Positions 1-8,238 of a stretch of 54,169 bases of DNA are shown here, piece by piece. The DNA is from a virus (Duplodnaviria > Caudoviricetes), in the IMG/VR virus record IMGVR_UViG_3300048839_000345, positions 1-54,169 of that record. One strand, given 5' to 3'. The translations under genes and the position numbers were made by a program. Position 1 is the first letter of the stretch; every line of letters starts with the position of its first letter. The notes under the pieces were generated by a model, which worked only from the letters and a program-made list of their open reading frames with translations, did no database searches and had not been told where the DNA came from.

Positions 1-174
1 GAGCTTCTGACCGGCAGGCAATGGGCCGCTCTGGCGATGGGCGGTTTCGGAGCCACGCGGCTTATCCGGTAACGGACCCGCGCACTAAATCGAGGTGACT
101 GCCGGACCCCGAAAGGGCTTATCCGAAGGTCTGCCGGATCGCCGTGAGCCCTAATGTTCAACCTCATAAAGAGG
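1..174. repeat. Terminal direct repeat, left copy (circularisation overlap)
   Basis: 1-174 matches 53996-54169 except G128/T54123 and C131/T54126; joining the ends places scaffold directly upstream of capsid. Confidence 0.97.
9..174 (+). ncRNA. Putative structured cis-regulatory leader RNA of the major capsid gene
   Basis: Closing stem 11-19/129-137, hairpin 23-47, two GNRA-capped hairpins (GTAA 69-72, GAAA 111-114) each with a C/CTTA internal loop, SD-occluding hairpin 162-174. Confidence 0.6.
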
Positions 175-185
175 ACTGATGACTC

Positions 186-1043
186 ATGTCGGTTAATCAG
201 ATCAGTGACATCGACCGCGTCCTATATAACGACGAGTTCAAGGTCGATTACGAGCGGGAGAAGTCCCAGCTTAAGAAGTGCGTGCGTACAGATGGTCTCC
301 AGAAGGCCGGTACGATTACTTGGGACGTGGTTGACCCGTCCGAAGAGGCGCAGAGCCGCACCCGTGATGGCGACATCCCGCTTGCCCAGCTCGGCCTTGG
401 CCAAGTGCAGGCGACGCCGCAGGAAGATTTCGGTGGTAAGTACACCATCGACAACTTCGATGCGTTCCGCACCAACCCGAACGTCCGCTCGATGCAGATG
501 CGCAAGGCCGCTGCGGCCTGCTTCCGCAAGGTGGACAAGATCATCGTCAACCAGCTGGACGCTGCTTCGCAGGTCATGAACAGCGGGTCGGCGATTGCCT
601 TCTCGACTTTCGGCAACATTCTTGAGTGGGTGTCCGAGCTTGAGGACAACGACATCCCCACGGATGACGGCAAGGTCTGGGGCGTCGTGACGCCGAAGGC
701 CCTGCGCCAGATGATGCGGATCAACGAGTTCAAGTCGGCTGACTTCATCGAGACCAAGAAGCTGGAGAATGGCCTGCCATCGCTCGGCTACTACCGCTGG
801 CTCGGCGTCAACTGGTTCTCCCACACCGGCCTGACCGGCAAAGGAACCGCAACGGCGACGTGCCATCTGTTCCACGAGTCGGCGATCGGTCACCAGGATT
901 CTGGCGATCCGGAATACCACGCCTACTACTTTGAGCCGCAACACCGCTGGGAAAACTACGCCGTGGTGATGCATGCCGCAAAACTCTGCCTGCCGCGTGG
1001 GGTCTACAAGGCCGTCCACGACGACACTGCAGCGTTCAGCTAA
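186..1043 (+). CDS. Major capsid protein (APSE/BPP-1-like podovirus type)
   Basis: 285 aa, follows scaffold across the circular junction, strong codon bias; motifs such as RKVDKII and RWLGVNWFSHTGL...FHESAIGH typical of this capsid family. Confidence 0.88.
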   Translation: MSVNQISDIDRVLYNDEFKVDYEREKSQLKKCVRTDGLQKAGTITWDVVDPSEEAQSRTRDGDIPLAQLGLGQVQATPQEDFGGKYTIDNFDAFRTNPNVRSMQMRKAAAACFRKVDKIIVNQLDAASQVMNSGSAIAFSTFGNILEWVSELEDNDIPTDDGKVWGVVTPKALRQMMRINEFKSADFIETKKLENGLPSLGYYRWLGVNWFSHTGLTGKGTATATCHLFHESAIGHQDSGDPEYHAYYFEPQHRWENYAVVMHAAKLCLPRGVYKAVHDDTAAFS

Positions 1044-1056
1044 GGAGGAATGAACC

Positions 1057-1389
1057 ATGGCCTTCACGCCCAATACCCTGCAGTGCATCCTGGCCAAGAC
1101 GGGTCCGGTTGGCGTCAGCCTCTGGGTCTATGACACCACAGATGCGACTGGCGTCGTAGATGGCGCCGCCTACTTCACCAACGTAGGGGCAGGCGCTGCC
1201 AACCCGAAGGGGATGGAAGTCGGCGACATGATCCTGGTCCGCATCTGGACCACGGCCATTCCCACGACCACGACCATCAAGAACTCTGCGCCTCCGGCTG
1301 ACGCTGCGTGGCACATTGTTATTGCGATGAGCGCGGCCGGCGCGGCCACTGTGGCAACCGAGACGGCAATCGTGGTGGCAGCGGGCTAG
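1057..1389 (+). CDS. Putative capsid-associated/decoration protein
   Basis: 110 aa, strong SD (AAGGAGG), directly after capsid gene, Ala/Thr/Gly-rich. Confidence 0.6.
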   Translation: MAFTPNTLQCILAKTGPVGVSLWVYDTTDATGVVDGAAYFTNVGAGAANPKGMEVGDMILVRIWTTAIPTTTTIKNSAPPADAAWHIVIAMSAAGAATVATETAIVVAAG

Positions 1390-1414
1390 GCCCGTAATCC
1401 GCCCATCAACGCAT

Positions 1415-1447
1415 GGAGGGCTAGGGTGCATGTCATCCTAGCCCTTC
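1415..1447 (+). terminator. Strong hairpin after capsid operon (terminator or mRNA stabiliser)
   Basis: GGAGGGCTAGGGTG-CATGT-CATCCTAGCCCTTC, 14-bp stem, weak U tail. Confidence 0.55.
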
Positions 1448-1463
1448 TGCTGTTGGAGATCAT

Positions 1464-1991
1464 ATGACAGTCCGAATCCCGCCCAACAACTTTGCGCTCG
1501 ACGGCTCCGGCAAGATGCGCAACCGCTACCATGCCCGCATTCCCGTGACGCACACGCCTGAGCAGGTGATGAGCCCGGACTATTTCGGCGAGGTGATGCG
1601 CGTCAGCGCCAACTCCCGCCAGGCCCAGCTGACGCCGGGTGACCTGATCGAGGTCGAGGCAGAAGACTTCTCATGGGACTGCACCCTGCGCGTTCATGCC
1701 CAGGTTCCGAGCACCCAGCAGCTGATTACCCGCCTGCGCGGCGAGGTGAACTTCTACGAGACCAACGATTTCCCGAAGGGCTGGACCGCTGAATGGCTGG
1801 GGTCGGCTGAGCATTTCGGCATCTACCATGACGGCAAGGTGGTCGAGACCGGCTTCGCCACGAAGGATGCTGCCCTGAGCCGCGTCCATGCGCTGGTGCA
1901 GAAGGACATGTTGTCGGCCTCGACCCGGGCTGCGGTGAACAAGGCGGCCAACCGGTCGGCTGGCGCGAAGAAGTCTGAGGAGGCTGCGTAA
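1464..1991 (+). CDS. Hypothetical protein
   Basis: 175 aa ORF with SD GGAG and phage-like codon usage, in structural operon. Confidence 0.75.
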   Translation: MTVRIPPNNFALDGSGKMRNRYHARIPVTHTPEQVMSPDYFGEVMRVSANSRQAQLTPGDLIEVEAEDFSWDCTLRVHAQVPSTQQLITRLRGEVNFYETNDFPKGWTAEWLGSAEHFGIYHDGKVVETGFATKDAALSRVHALVQKDMLSASTRAAVNKAANRSAGAKKSEEAA

Positions 1992-1996
1992 GCCTT

Positions 1997-2599
1997 ATGC
2001 CCACCCAAACCACCGTCCTGCGCAATGCCCTGCGCCTGCTTGGTGAGCCGGCCAATGTTGGTCCGGACTCGGACAAGAAGATCGTCCGCGAGATCATGGG
2101 CGCGTGGGACGATGTGGTTGACCGGCTGTTTGAGGTTCACCCCTGGAACAGCTTCAAGTCACTGGAGCAGCTGACGCAGGTGACGCCTGCGGTGCCGGGC
2201 TGGGACTATACGTTCAACGAGCCTGCCAGTTCCTGCCGTATCCTGAAGGTGTCGAACTATACCCGCGAGGACGGCGCCTCGGTGAACTACGGGTATCAGG
2301 CGGGCAAGATCCTGACCAACTACGAGACGACCTTCTGCTGGTTCGTGGATGCCACCTACAAGACCCAGGTTGGCGGCTGGCCCCAGACGTTCGCTGATCT
2401 GGTGGCAGCCCATCTCGCTGACGAGGTTTACCCCGTCAATGACGAGGGTGACGGCACGCGTAGCCGCATCAACGACGCTCTGAAGGACCGCACCAGCAAG
2501 GCCAAGGGCTTTGACGGGGCGACCGATCCGACGACGCCGCCTGCGCCGGGCGGCTATGTCGTGGCGCGCAGGTCACATATCTACAGCCGCAGAGGATGA
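1997..2599 (+). CDS. Tail tubular protein A / head-tail adaptor (T7 gp11-like)
   Basis: 200 aa; NALRLLGE, HPWNSF, WDYTFNEP, FADLVAAHLA motifs; position before nozzle gene. Confidence 0.85.
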   Translation: MPTQTTVLRNALRLLGEPANVGPDSDKKIVREIMGAWDDVVDRLFEVHPWNSFKSLEQLTQVTPAVPGWDYTFNEPASSCRILKVSNYTREDGASVNYGYQAGKILTNYETTFCWFVDATYKTQVGGWPQTFADLVAAHLADEVYPVNDEGDGTRSRINDALKDRTSKAKGFDGATDPTTPPAPGGYVVARRSHIYSRRG

Positions 2600-2600
2600 C

Positions 2601-3047
2601 ATGGCCAAATCCAAGTCGCAGGTTGTTGCGTTCAATGCGGGTGAGCTTGGCAAGGAAGCCCTTGCCCGCGTCGATCTTGAGAACTATCCGCGCGGCGCCG
2701 AAATCATGGAGAACATTGTCCCGCTGAGGCAGGGCGGGATGACCAAGATGCCCGGCACGCAGTATGTCGGCGAGACGCCCTCCAGCGGTGTCGCCTATGT
2801 TCGGCCGTTCGTGTTTTCCGAAAGCCAGCGCTTCGCCATGGAGCTTAGCGAGAACAAGGTGCGCCTGATCTTCGAGGGCGAGTATGTTGCTGTCGCTGGT
2901 GCTGCCGCGACTGTGGGCAGCTGGACTGATGAAAGCGCGACGACTTCGGCGGGTGGCGGTGCGCCTCCGGATGGCGGCACGGGCGATATCGATTTTGTCT
3001 ACGACGACTGGTTTGTTGGCGGCGGCGGGGAGTGGGTCTTGCCATGA
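2601..3047 (+). CDS. Tail tubular protein B (nozzle), N-terminal part
   Basis: AFNAGELG...RVDLENY...ENIVPLRQGGMTKMPGT is the typical N-terminus of gp12-like nozzles; SD GAGGA before ATG 2601. Confidence 0.8.
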   Translation: MAKSKSQVVAFNAGELGKEALARVDLENYPRGAEIMENIVPLRQGGMTKMPGTQYVGETPSSGVAYVRPFVFSESQRFAMELSENKVRLIFEGEYVAVAGAAATVGSWTDESATTSAGGGAPPDGGTGDIDFVYDDWFVGGGGEWVLP

Positions 3048-5326
3048 GCGCGTCGATCGGAGTTGTCGGGGCCGTCATTACGTTGACGGGAGACGTGGGC
3101 GAGACGGCAATTGCGCAGTCGGAGGTAACGACAGCGGCGCCGAACGACGCGGTCAGTTTTAAGTTCAACGTGTCACGCCGTGCTGTGACGTTCCGCGTCG
3201 GGACGACTGCGGGCGCGGAGGATATTGTTCAGGCGTCTGCTTTTGCGCCAGGGGACCATGTCGTCACGTTCACGCCGGGCGTCGGCACCTACTACGTTCG
3301 CTTCGAAGTGCGGGGCGTTGGCGTGTCTTATGTTACCGGCTTCGCGCGGATTGCCCCGGGGTTCTTGGAGTTGCCCACACCGTGGACAGCTTCGCAAGTT
3401 CCGCAGCTGCGTTTTACGCAAAGCCTCAACACGATGTGGATCGCGGGCGCGGGCAAGGAGATGCACGTCTTCGAGCGGCGCGGCACTAACAGTTGGTCGC
3501 TGCGCCCGTTCCTGCAGGTCGATGGGCCGTTCAATGCGCTCAACCTGTCTAATACTACATTGACGCCCTCGGCGCGCACGGGGGCGGTGACGATTACGGC
3601 GAGCGCGTCGCTGTTTGCAACTTATGATGTGGGCAGCCTTATCAAGCTGATCCACTCCGGGCAGTTCGTAACGGCAGACCTCGACGCAGTGGATGCCGTG
3701 ACCGATTCCATCCTGGTCACTGGGGTCGAGGCGACGCGCATCTTCCAACGCTCGATCACGGGCACGTTTAGCGGCACAATCGTGCTGGAGCGCTCGATCG
3801 GCAACGATGTTAACTGGCAGACGGTCTCGACTTTTTTCAGCGTGGCCTCGGGTTCGTTCGATGACGATCTTGACAATGTCGTGGCCTATTACCGGTTCCG
3901 CATGAGCGCCTACACATCCGGGTCGGCGACGGCCAGCCTGACCTATTCTGGCGGCCTGACGGAAGGCGTCGGGCGGATCGTGACGGTGACGGCGGACAAT
4001 GCGGTTACCGTCGATGTCATCACGCCGTTCGGCCAGACTATTGCCACAGCGCTCTGGCAGTTTGGGGCATGGTCGGGCCGGTTCGGTCACCCGACCGCAG
4101 TGGCACTGTTCGATGGCAGGCTGTGGGCTGGGCGCGGCAACCAGTACTGGGGCTCGCAGAGTGACGACTTCGGGAGCTTCGAGATCGGCCCGCTGGCGAA
4201 CCAGGCGATCGGGCGCAGCTTTGGCGGACGGATGTCGTCCATCCGGTGGCTGGGCGGTTCGACCCGTCTCCTCGCTGGCTTGTCTGGCTTTGAGGGCGAG
4301 ATCGGGTCGAACAGCTTCAACGAGGTGCTGAAGCCGGACAATGTGCGGGCCATCAACAAGACGACCAAAGGCTCGGCGGACGCCAGCCAGCTTATGATTG
4401 ATGACGCGGCCGTGTTTGTGAGCCGGTCGAAAAAGCGGCTTTACCGGTTCGGGTATTCAAACCAGATCGGCGACATGTCCACGGTGGACCTGACGCGCCT
4501 GAACAAGGAGATCGCGGGTGCCGGCGGATTCCGCGAACTGGACTGGCAGCAGGAACCTGAGCCGCGGATCTGGGCGGTGCGCGAGGACGGGCAGGTCGGA
4601 GCGCTGGTGTTCGATCTGGAAGAGGGCGTTGTGGCCTGGTGCCGCATGGTGGTCGATGGCTTTGTCGAGAGTGTGTGCTGCCTGCCGTCACCGGGCGAAG
4701 AGGACGAGGTGTATTTCGTCGTGCGCCGCACGGTCGATGGCGACACGGTGCGCTATGTGGAGAAGCTGGCGCCCGAGGCATGGGACACGATCGAAGACGC
4801 CTGGCGCCTGCATTGCGCGATTGCGTACAGCGGGGCAGCGACCGACACGGTCACGGGGCTCGACCATCTGGAGGGCCGCACGGACGTCTATGTCTGGGCC
4901 AATGGCCGCGAAGAAGGTCCGCTCACGGTCACGGGCGGTGAGGTGACGCTGAGCTTCGAGGCGACGTACGCCATTGCGGGGCTTAAGTATTCGGGCCGGT
5001 ACAAGTCAGGGCGCCTTGCATGGGGCGCGCAGATGGGGTCTGCGCTGACGACCAAGAAGCAGCTCGAAGAGATCGGGTTGGTGATCCACCGCACGGCGGG
5101 CGGCGCCCTGAAGTGGGGGCCGGACTTCGACGACATGGAGCAGCTGGACGACCGCATCGCGGACAACTCGCTGGTGTTCGACGCATCAGTCCAAGAATGG
5201 TCAGGAGATCACGACTTCAACGTCCACAGCTGGACCGAGCCGGATGTGCGGCTGCACATCACGATGGACACGGCAGGGCCGGCAACTGTGCTCGCGGTTG
5301 CCCATGTTCTGAAAGTGAACGGGTGA
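3044..5326 (+). CDS. Tail tubular protein B (nozzle), C-terminal part
   Basis: LPTPW...LRFTQS, HPTAVALFDGRLW, WQQEPEPRIW, VVAWCR, TGLDHLEG motifs; ATGA overlap with upstream part. Confidence 0.85.
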   Translation: MSASIGVVGAVITLTGDVGETAIAQSEVTTAAPNDAVSFKFNVSRRAVTFRVGTTAGAEDIVQASAFAPGDHVVTFTPGVGTYYVRFEVRGVGVSYVTGFARIAPGFLELPTPWTASQVPQLRFTQSLNTMWIAGAGKEMHVFERRGTNSWSLRPFLQVDGPFNALNLSNTTLTPSARTGAVTITASASLFATYDVGSLIKLIHSGQFVTADLDAVDAVTDSILVTGVEATRIFQRSITGTFSGTIVLERSIGNDVNWQTVSTFFSVASGSFDDDLDNVVAYYRFRMSAYTSGSATASLTYSGGLTEGVGRIVTVTADNAVTVDVITPFGQTIATALWQFGAWSGRFGHPTAVALFDGRLWAGRGNQYWGSQSDDFGSFEIGPLANQAIGRSFGGRMSSIRWLGGSTRLLAGLSGFEGEIGSNSFNEVLKPDNVRAINKTTKGSADASQLMIDDAAVFVSRSKKRLYRFGYSNQIGDMSTVDLTRLNKEIAGAGGFRELDWQQEPEPRIWAVREDGQVGALVFDLEEGVVAWCRMVVDGFVESVCCLPSPGEEDEVYFVVRRTVDGDTVRYVEKLAPEAWDTIEDAWRLHCAIAYSGAATDTVTGLDHLEGRTDVYVWANGREEGPLTVTGGEVTLSFEATYAIAGLKYSGRYKSGRLAWGAQMGSALTTKKQLEEIGLVIHRTAGGALKWGPDFDDMEQLDDRIADNSLVFDASVQEWSGDHDFNVHSWTEPDVRLHITMDTAGPATVLAVAHVLKVNG

Positions 5327-5937
5327 GATTGGAGCTACTGACCGGCGCTCACTTCGCCGAGATGGGCCTCGGCTGGGAGCCGCGCGACGTGGCGGGGTAT
5401 GCGATCCGGAACGAGGACGAGACACTGGCCTGCGCCGGCGGGCTCTGGTTTGAAGAAGACATCACCTGGGCAACGTTCTGGTGCGATGGCCCACCTCCAC
5501 CACAGGTCCACAGGCTTGCGATAAAGATCATGCAAGCGGCAGTTCTGGCCGGGGTCGATGAAGTGTGGGCCAAGGAAGATGTGTCGGTCCCGAAGGCTGC
5601 CAAGTGGTTGGAAAGATTTGGATTTGAGCGTGCTGGCCATGACAACGGCGTGCCTCTCTGGAGGGTACAGATAGATGGCAGATCCGGTAACGATGACGGT
5701 GATGGCCGTGAGCGCAGCAACCAGCGCCTATGGCTCTATCCGTCAGGGTCAGTATGCCTCGCGTGTGGGCAAGTACAATCGGCAGGCGGCGTATGCCGAA
5801 GCTGCGCAGCAGGAGATCCAGGCTGGGCAGGAAATCGCCGCTGCGAGCCACAACCAGCAGCGTATTGCCGCGCGGACGCGGGAGCTGTTGGCGGAGCAGA
5901 CGGCGGCAGCGGCGGCTGGCGGGGGATCGACGGCTGA
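5323..5937 (+). CDS. GNAT-fold protein (T7 gp13-like position)
   Basis: GTGA-coupled start; ACAGGLW and AAKWLERFGFE motifs; sits between nozzle and ejection proteins; the ORF-track start at 5020 is probably too early. Confidence 0.65.
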   Translation: MRLELLTGAHFAEMGLGWEPRDVAGYAIRNEDETLACAGGLWFEEDITWATFWCDGPPPPQVHRLAIKIMQAAVLAGVDEVWAKEDVSVPKAAKWLERFGFERAGHDNGVPLWRVQIDGRSGNDDGDGRERSNQRLWLYPSGSVCLACGQVQSAGGVCRSCAAGDPGWAGNRRCEPQPAAYCRADAGAVGGADGGSGGWRGIDG

Positions 5938-6172
5938 CGCGACGGTCCAGGCCGTGCGGGCTGAGACGGTCAAGACATCGACATTGGATCAGCTTCTGGA
6001 AGGCGCGGCGGCCGAGGAGCGTGCGGCAGCGATGCGCCGCGGCGCGCGGGTGACGCGGACGCAGGGCGACATGGCGCGCGCTGAGGGGCAGATGAAGAAG
6101 CAGGCGGGGTATATCCAGGCTGCCACAACACTGCTGAATGCGGGCGCTTCGTGGAAAGATAAATTCGGATAA
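5675..6172 (+). CDS. Internal virion/ejection protein (gp14-like)
   Basis: 165 aa, MADPVT start, Ala/Gln-rich with hydrophobic ends; synteny. Confidence 0.75.
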   Translation: MADPVTMTVMAVSAATSAYGSIRQGQYASRVGKYNRQAAYAEAAQQEIQAGQEIAAASHNQQRIAARTRELLAEQTAAAAAGGGSTADATVQAVRAETVKTSTLDQLLEGAAAEERAAAMRRGARVTRTQGDMARAEGQMKKQAGYIQAATTLLNAGASWKDKFG

Positions 6173-8055
6173 TGGCCAAGCTCCCCCGCTCCCCCATAGC
6201 TCAGGACGTCCGGAACAATTACCAGCCGGTGCGCGAAGCGCGCATGAGCGACGTCGATCCTGTCGGCCGTGCCATCGAGGGGGTCGGCGATACCGGGCTT
6301 GAAATTGCCAACCGTATGGCGGACGCGAAGATTGCGTCAGACGCTGCCAAAGCCGAGATCGAACTAACGAACCGGCTGGATCTAGAGCGCCGTGCGCTTG
6401 AGGACGATAACGAGATTGACCCGGCCAGCCTTGAGGCAATGTTTCAGGAGCGAGCCAACAAGGTCGTGTCCGAGATCAGCGGGAACATCACCAGTCCCGC
6501 ATTAAAGCGCGCGTTCGGCAACCAGTCTGCGGCTGTCCTGCAGCGCAACACTATTCAGGTTCGCGACCTGTCTCGCCGCAAGCAGGTAGACATCGCGCGC
6601 GGTGAGTTTGTCACGACTGTCGAAGCATATTCAAAGACCTATGACGAGCCGTCGAATTACCTGCAGGTCGATCCTACGCAGCCGTCGATGGCGCAGGAGC
6701 GCTTGGACAGCCAGAAGTCATTTATCCAGTCGCAGTTTAGGGCGGGCATCATCACGGCTGAGGCTGCGGCAGATCAGACGATCAAGGCGGAGGACGCCTT
6801 TGCAAAGGGTCTTGAACGCAAGCACTTGAATGCGATCGACGCCGCGCTGGACAATGGGGACTATTCCGGCGCTGACTCTTACTTCATGGCCAATTCCGGC
6901 GACTTCACGTCAGAGGAAATGCGGCAGAAGACCCGCGATGTCATCGAGGCCAAGCAGCGCGAAGGCGGGGCGATCACCATTGCCGACGAACTGTGGGACA
7001 AGTCTGGCCAGAATTATGGTGAGTTCCTGAACCTTGTGCGCGATGACCCGCGCATCAAGGATCCCGAAATGCTGCAACGCGTTGAGGGGCGTGGCGGTGT
7101 CCGGCTGAACCAGTACCAGGCAGCTGTCACCGCAAACGATACGGCGCAATGGAACGCCGGCATGGAATACATCACGACTGGCCAGCGCATTCCTGCAAGC
7201 CTGATGCGCGATGCTTCGCCTAAAGTGCGGGATATGTTGCAGGCCGAGCAGAGGCAGCGAGACCTTCATGCCCAGCAGATGGCCACCGCGTCGGCGCAGG
7301 AGAAGGCGGCGATGCGGGAGGTTTCCATGGGGAACTACCGTATCCTAAAGGCCCAGATGGTCAGCGATCCCGAACTCGCACTGCTCGGTGTTGAAGGCAT
7401 CCTGGCCGATCCGAACCTGAGCCGGCTGTGGGAGGGTATGAGCCCTGACGAGCGCGGCCAGTTTGTGCTGGATGCGGCTAATGCCAAAGGCAGCGGCGGC
7501 GCCCCGGCAGACGCTGTCAGCAAGGCCTACAAGTCGGTGGTCAATCTCGCCAGCGCCTACATGCCTGAGAACCTGTCGCCGAAGGATTACGGCAAATATT
7601 TTGACGGGGTTGGCGAGGGCGACGTGGGTGTCGCTTATCTGAGCTCGAACCGGAAAAAGCCAGATACGGCGCTGGTGTTCGAGGGTGAACTCATGCGTCT
7701 CGTGGATGAGGAGATGGCTCGTACCGGCGGGGCTGATATTCAGGCAGACCGTGCCAAGCAGCTGGTGGCGCTGGCCTACGCCAAGGCGGGCGCTGATCCC
7801 AAGACTGGCAAGACCAAGTACCCCATCTCGCAGGACATCGCGGCGGGCGCGGTTCAGACTGACATGCGCCGCATCGCACTGGACTATCGCCGGCAGAATC
7901 CGGCTATCTGGAGCGAGGCTGTTGCAATAGCACGCGGGCAATATCCGAATGCGTCTGAAGCGCTAATCCTTGAAGAAGCGCGCAAACTCGAGCAAAGAAA
8001 TAATTTCCGCCGGGCAACTCAGAACCCGGACCGCTTTGGCAGGGAGGTTGAGTGA
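6172..8055 (+). CDS. Internal virion/ejection protein (gp15-like)
   Basis: 627 aa helical protein, MAKLP start, between gp14-like and giant protein. Confidence 0.7.
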   Translation: MAKLPRSPIAQDVRNNYQPVREARMSDVDPVGRAIEGVGDTGLEIANRMADAKIASDAAKAEIELTNRLDLERRALEDDNEIDPASLEAMFQERANKVVSEISGNITSPALKRAFGNQSAAVLQRNTIQVRDLSRRKQVDIARGEFVTTVEAYSKTYDEPSNYLQVDPTQPSMAQERLDSQKSFIQSQFRAGIITAEAAADQTIKAEDAFAKGLERKHLNAIDAALDNGDYSGADSYFMANSGDFTSEEMRQKTRDVIEAKQREGGAITIADELWDKSGQNYGEFLNLVRDDPRIKDPEMLQRVEGRGGVRLNQYQAAVTANDTAQWNAGMEYITTGQRIPASLMRDASPKVRDMLQAEQRQRDLHAQQMATASAQEKAAMREVSMGNYRILKAQMVSDPELALLGVEGILADPNLSRLWEGMSPDERGQFVLDAANAKGSGGAPADAVSKAYKSVVNLASAYMPENLSPKDYGKYFDGVGEGDVGVAYLSSNRKKPDTALVFEGELMRLVDEEMARTGGADIQADRAKQLVALAYAKAGADPKTGKTKYPISQDIAAGAVQTDMRRIALDYRRQNPAIWSEAVAIARGQYPNASEALILEEARKLEQRNNFRRATQNPDRFGREVE

Positions 8056-8186
8056 TGTTGGCAACGGCGCTGTCTGCCCTGGTAACCGGTCTCGGCCTGT
8101 TCCTGATTTACCTGATCGTTCAGGGCATCCGTCACGTCCTGAAGAAATGGGCAGCTGAGGAGCCCAAAGGCCCGGACGCCCCATAG
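8055..8186 (+). CDS. 43-aa single-TM membrane protein (not in ORF track)
   Basis: TGATG coupling, SD GGAGG; MLATALSALVTGLGLFLIYLIVQGIRHVLKKWAAEEPKGPDAP. Confidence 0.65.
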   Translation: MLATALSALVTGLGLFLIYLIVQGIRHVLKKWAAEEPKGPDAP

Positions 8187-8215
8187 ACCGCAGGCCAACG
8201 TAGTCTCGCTATGGT
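8187..8215 (+). promoter_or_regulatory. Putative late promoter motif
   Basis: ACCGC-AGG-CCAAC-N10-TATGGT; related copies at 20161, 25877, 46847, 52988. Confidence 0.6.
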
Positions 8216-8238
8216 GTTCTCCTAATCAGGAGAATTGC

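Noticed and set aside
2933-3047. Programmed -1 frameshift joining the nozzle halves
   Set aside because: The -1 frame is open from 2933, but there is no canonical slippery heptamer, and the second ORF has its own SD and coupled ATG
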